Shown: in pieces, positions 63,040 to 64,000 of the stretch
How positions within the stretch are numbered: position 1 is the stretch's first letter
Layout of the letters: each line of letters starts with the position of its first letter
Source: Eledone cirrhosa
Lineage: Eukaryota
DNA: 64,000 nucleotides
Direction of reading: 5' to 3'
Assembly: GCA_964016885.1 (NCBI GenBank)
Contig: OZ024757.1
Coordinates: 27,094,001-27,158,000, forward strand
Program-made: the position numbers and the translations under genes
Notes under the pieces: model-generated
What the model saw: the letters and a program-made list of their open reading frames with translations, nothing else
What the model was told of the DNA's origin: nothing
Databases searched by the model: none

Positions 63040-63539
63040 TTAAAATATTTATGTTTATCTAAATAAACCTTCCCCTATAATTTCTTGCAATAACCAAACA
63101 TTAGATATATATCCTAAGAATATCAGTTATGTTACTAAATCCCTCCAGCTTCTTCATTATTTGAAAAAATAATGTCTTTCATTAGAAATAATCCAGCAAT
63201 GCAGTAGTACAAGATAATTAACAGACCCATTAAAAAAGTCAATGTACAATTTACTTTTGTAAATAGGTACTATGGTAATGTACAATTCACTATTATAGAT
63301 AGGTTCTATGGTAAGGTACCATCCACTGTAAATATGTACTATGGCACAATGTGGTTCTCTGTTGTAATAGGTACTATGGTAAGGTATGGTTCACTTACCA
63401 TAGTCTTTACTGAGGATCCACCCACTGCTGTAGTCACAGAACATCTACCACAGTCCTCATGTATATACACAAATATTATCACAGAATATTTCATATTGTA
63501 ATTTACTTTTTCTTTGTCAATTCTCACCCTCCACCTCGT

Positions 63540-63772
63540 ATCGCTCTGATCGATCGACAAGATCCCAGACCTCATCAAATCGAACCAAGAAAACTTTTGT
63601 TTCCATTGATCTTTCCATTGCTAATACTATCTATCGGTCGCAAATCCAGGCAGAAGGAGCAACGTGAAAAAAAGTGTCTTGTTCAAGGACACAATGCATC
63701 ACCTGGTCTGAGAATTAAACTTACAGCCTCACGATTGTGAATCCAACTCTCTAACTACTAAGCCACGCTCCT
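63540..63772 (-). mobile_element. SINE family 2 copy
   Basis: Homologous to 47490-47690; part also matches 6453-6490. Confidence 0.7.
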
Positions 63773-64000
63773 TCACTATAATACCTCCCACTCTTATACA
63801 ATCCTCACCTCCTACTATATAAACCCCCACCACAATATCCTCCTCGTCATCACTCATGTTTTGTTGTTGTGGCACAAAGAAGTTTTTGTAAATTACTCAC
63901 TTTCCTATCCTACCACCACATCCTCCCCCTATGCCATCATATCCACCTCTTCACCAGTCATGTATTCTTGATATACTACAGTGTATTTTCATTAATTATT

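Overview
AT-rich, repeat-dense animal genomic DNA. The SINE/LINE families and long (TA)n microsatellites suggest an octopod cephalopod, which is an inference. The one well-supported gene is an 8-exon plus-strand short-chain dehydrogenase/reductase most like HSD17B8 (CDS 6953-30819, 254 aa, all introns GT-AG and phase-consistent). Its introns carry locally seeded minisatellites, including about 40 tandem copies of the exon-5 splice donor. The rest is transposon debris: tRNA-derived SINEs, RTE/CR1/Vingi-like LINE fragments, mariner, pogo/Tigger, piggyBac-type MITEs and a Helitron-like element. Main unusual items: (1) two unrelated minimal hammerhead-ribozyme folds that both carry a compensatory U3-A8 core; (2) several long foldback palindromes; (3) an RTE insertion with twin-priming geometry and a 16-bp TSD; (4) an approximately 18-kb nested inverted duplication (36.5-54.3 kb) whose centre holds B-box and octamer motif arrays and a triplicated decayed ORF of unknown origin. 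Most short ORFs in the track are microsatellite translations. Coordinates were read by eye, and repeat boundaries are approximate.
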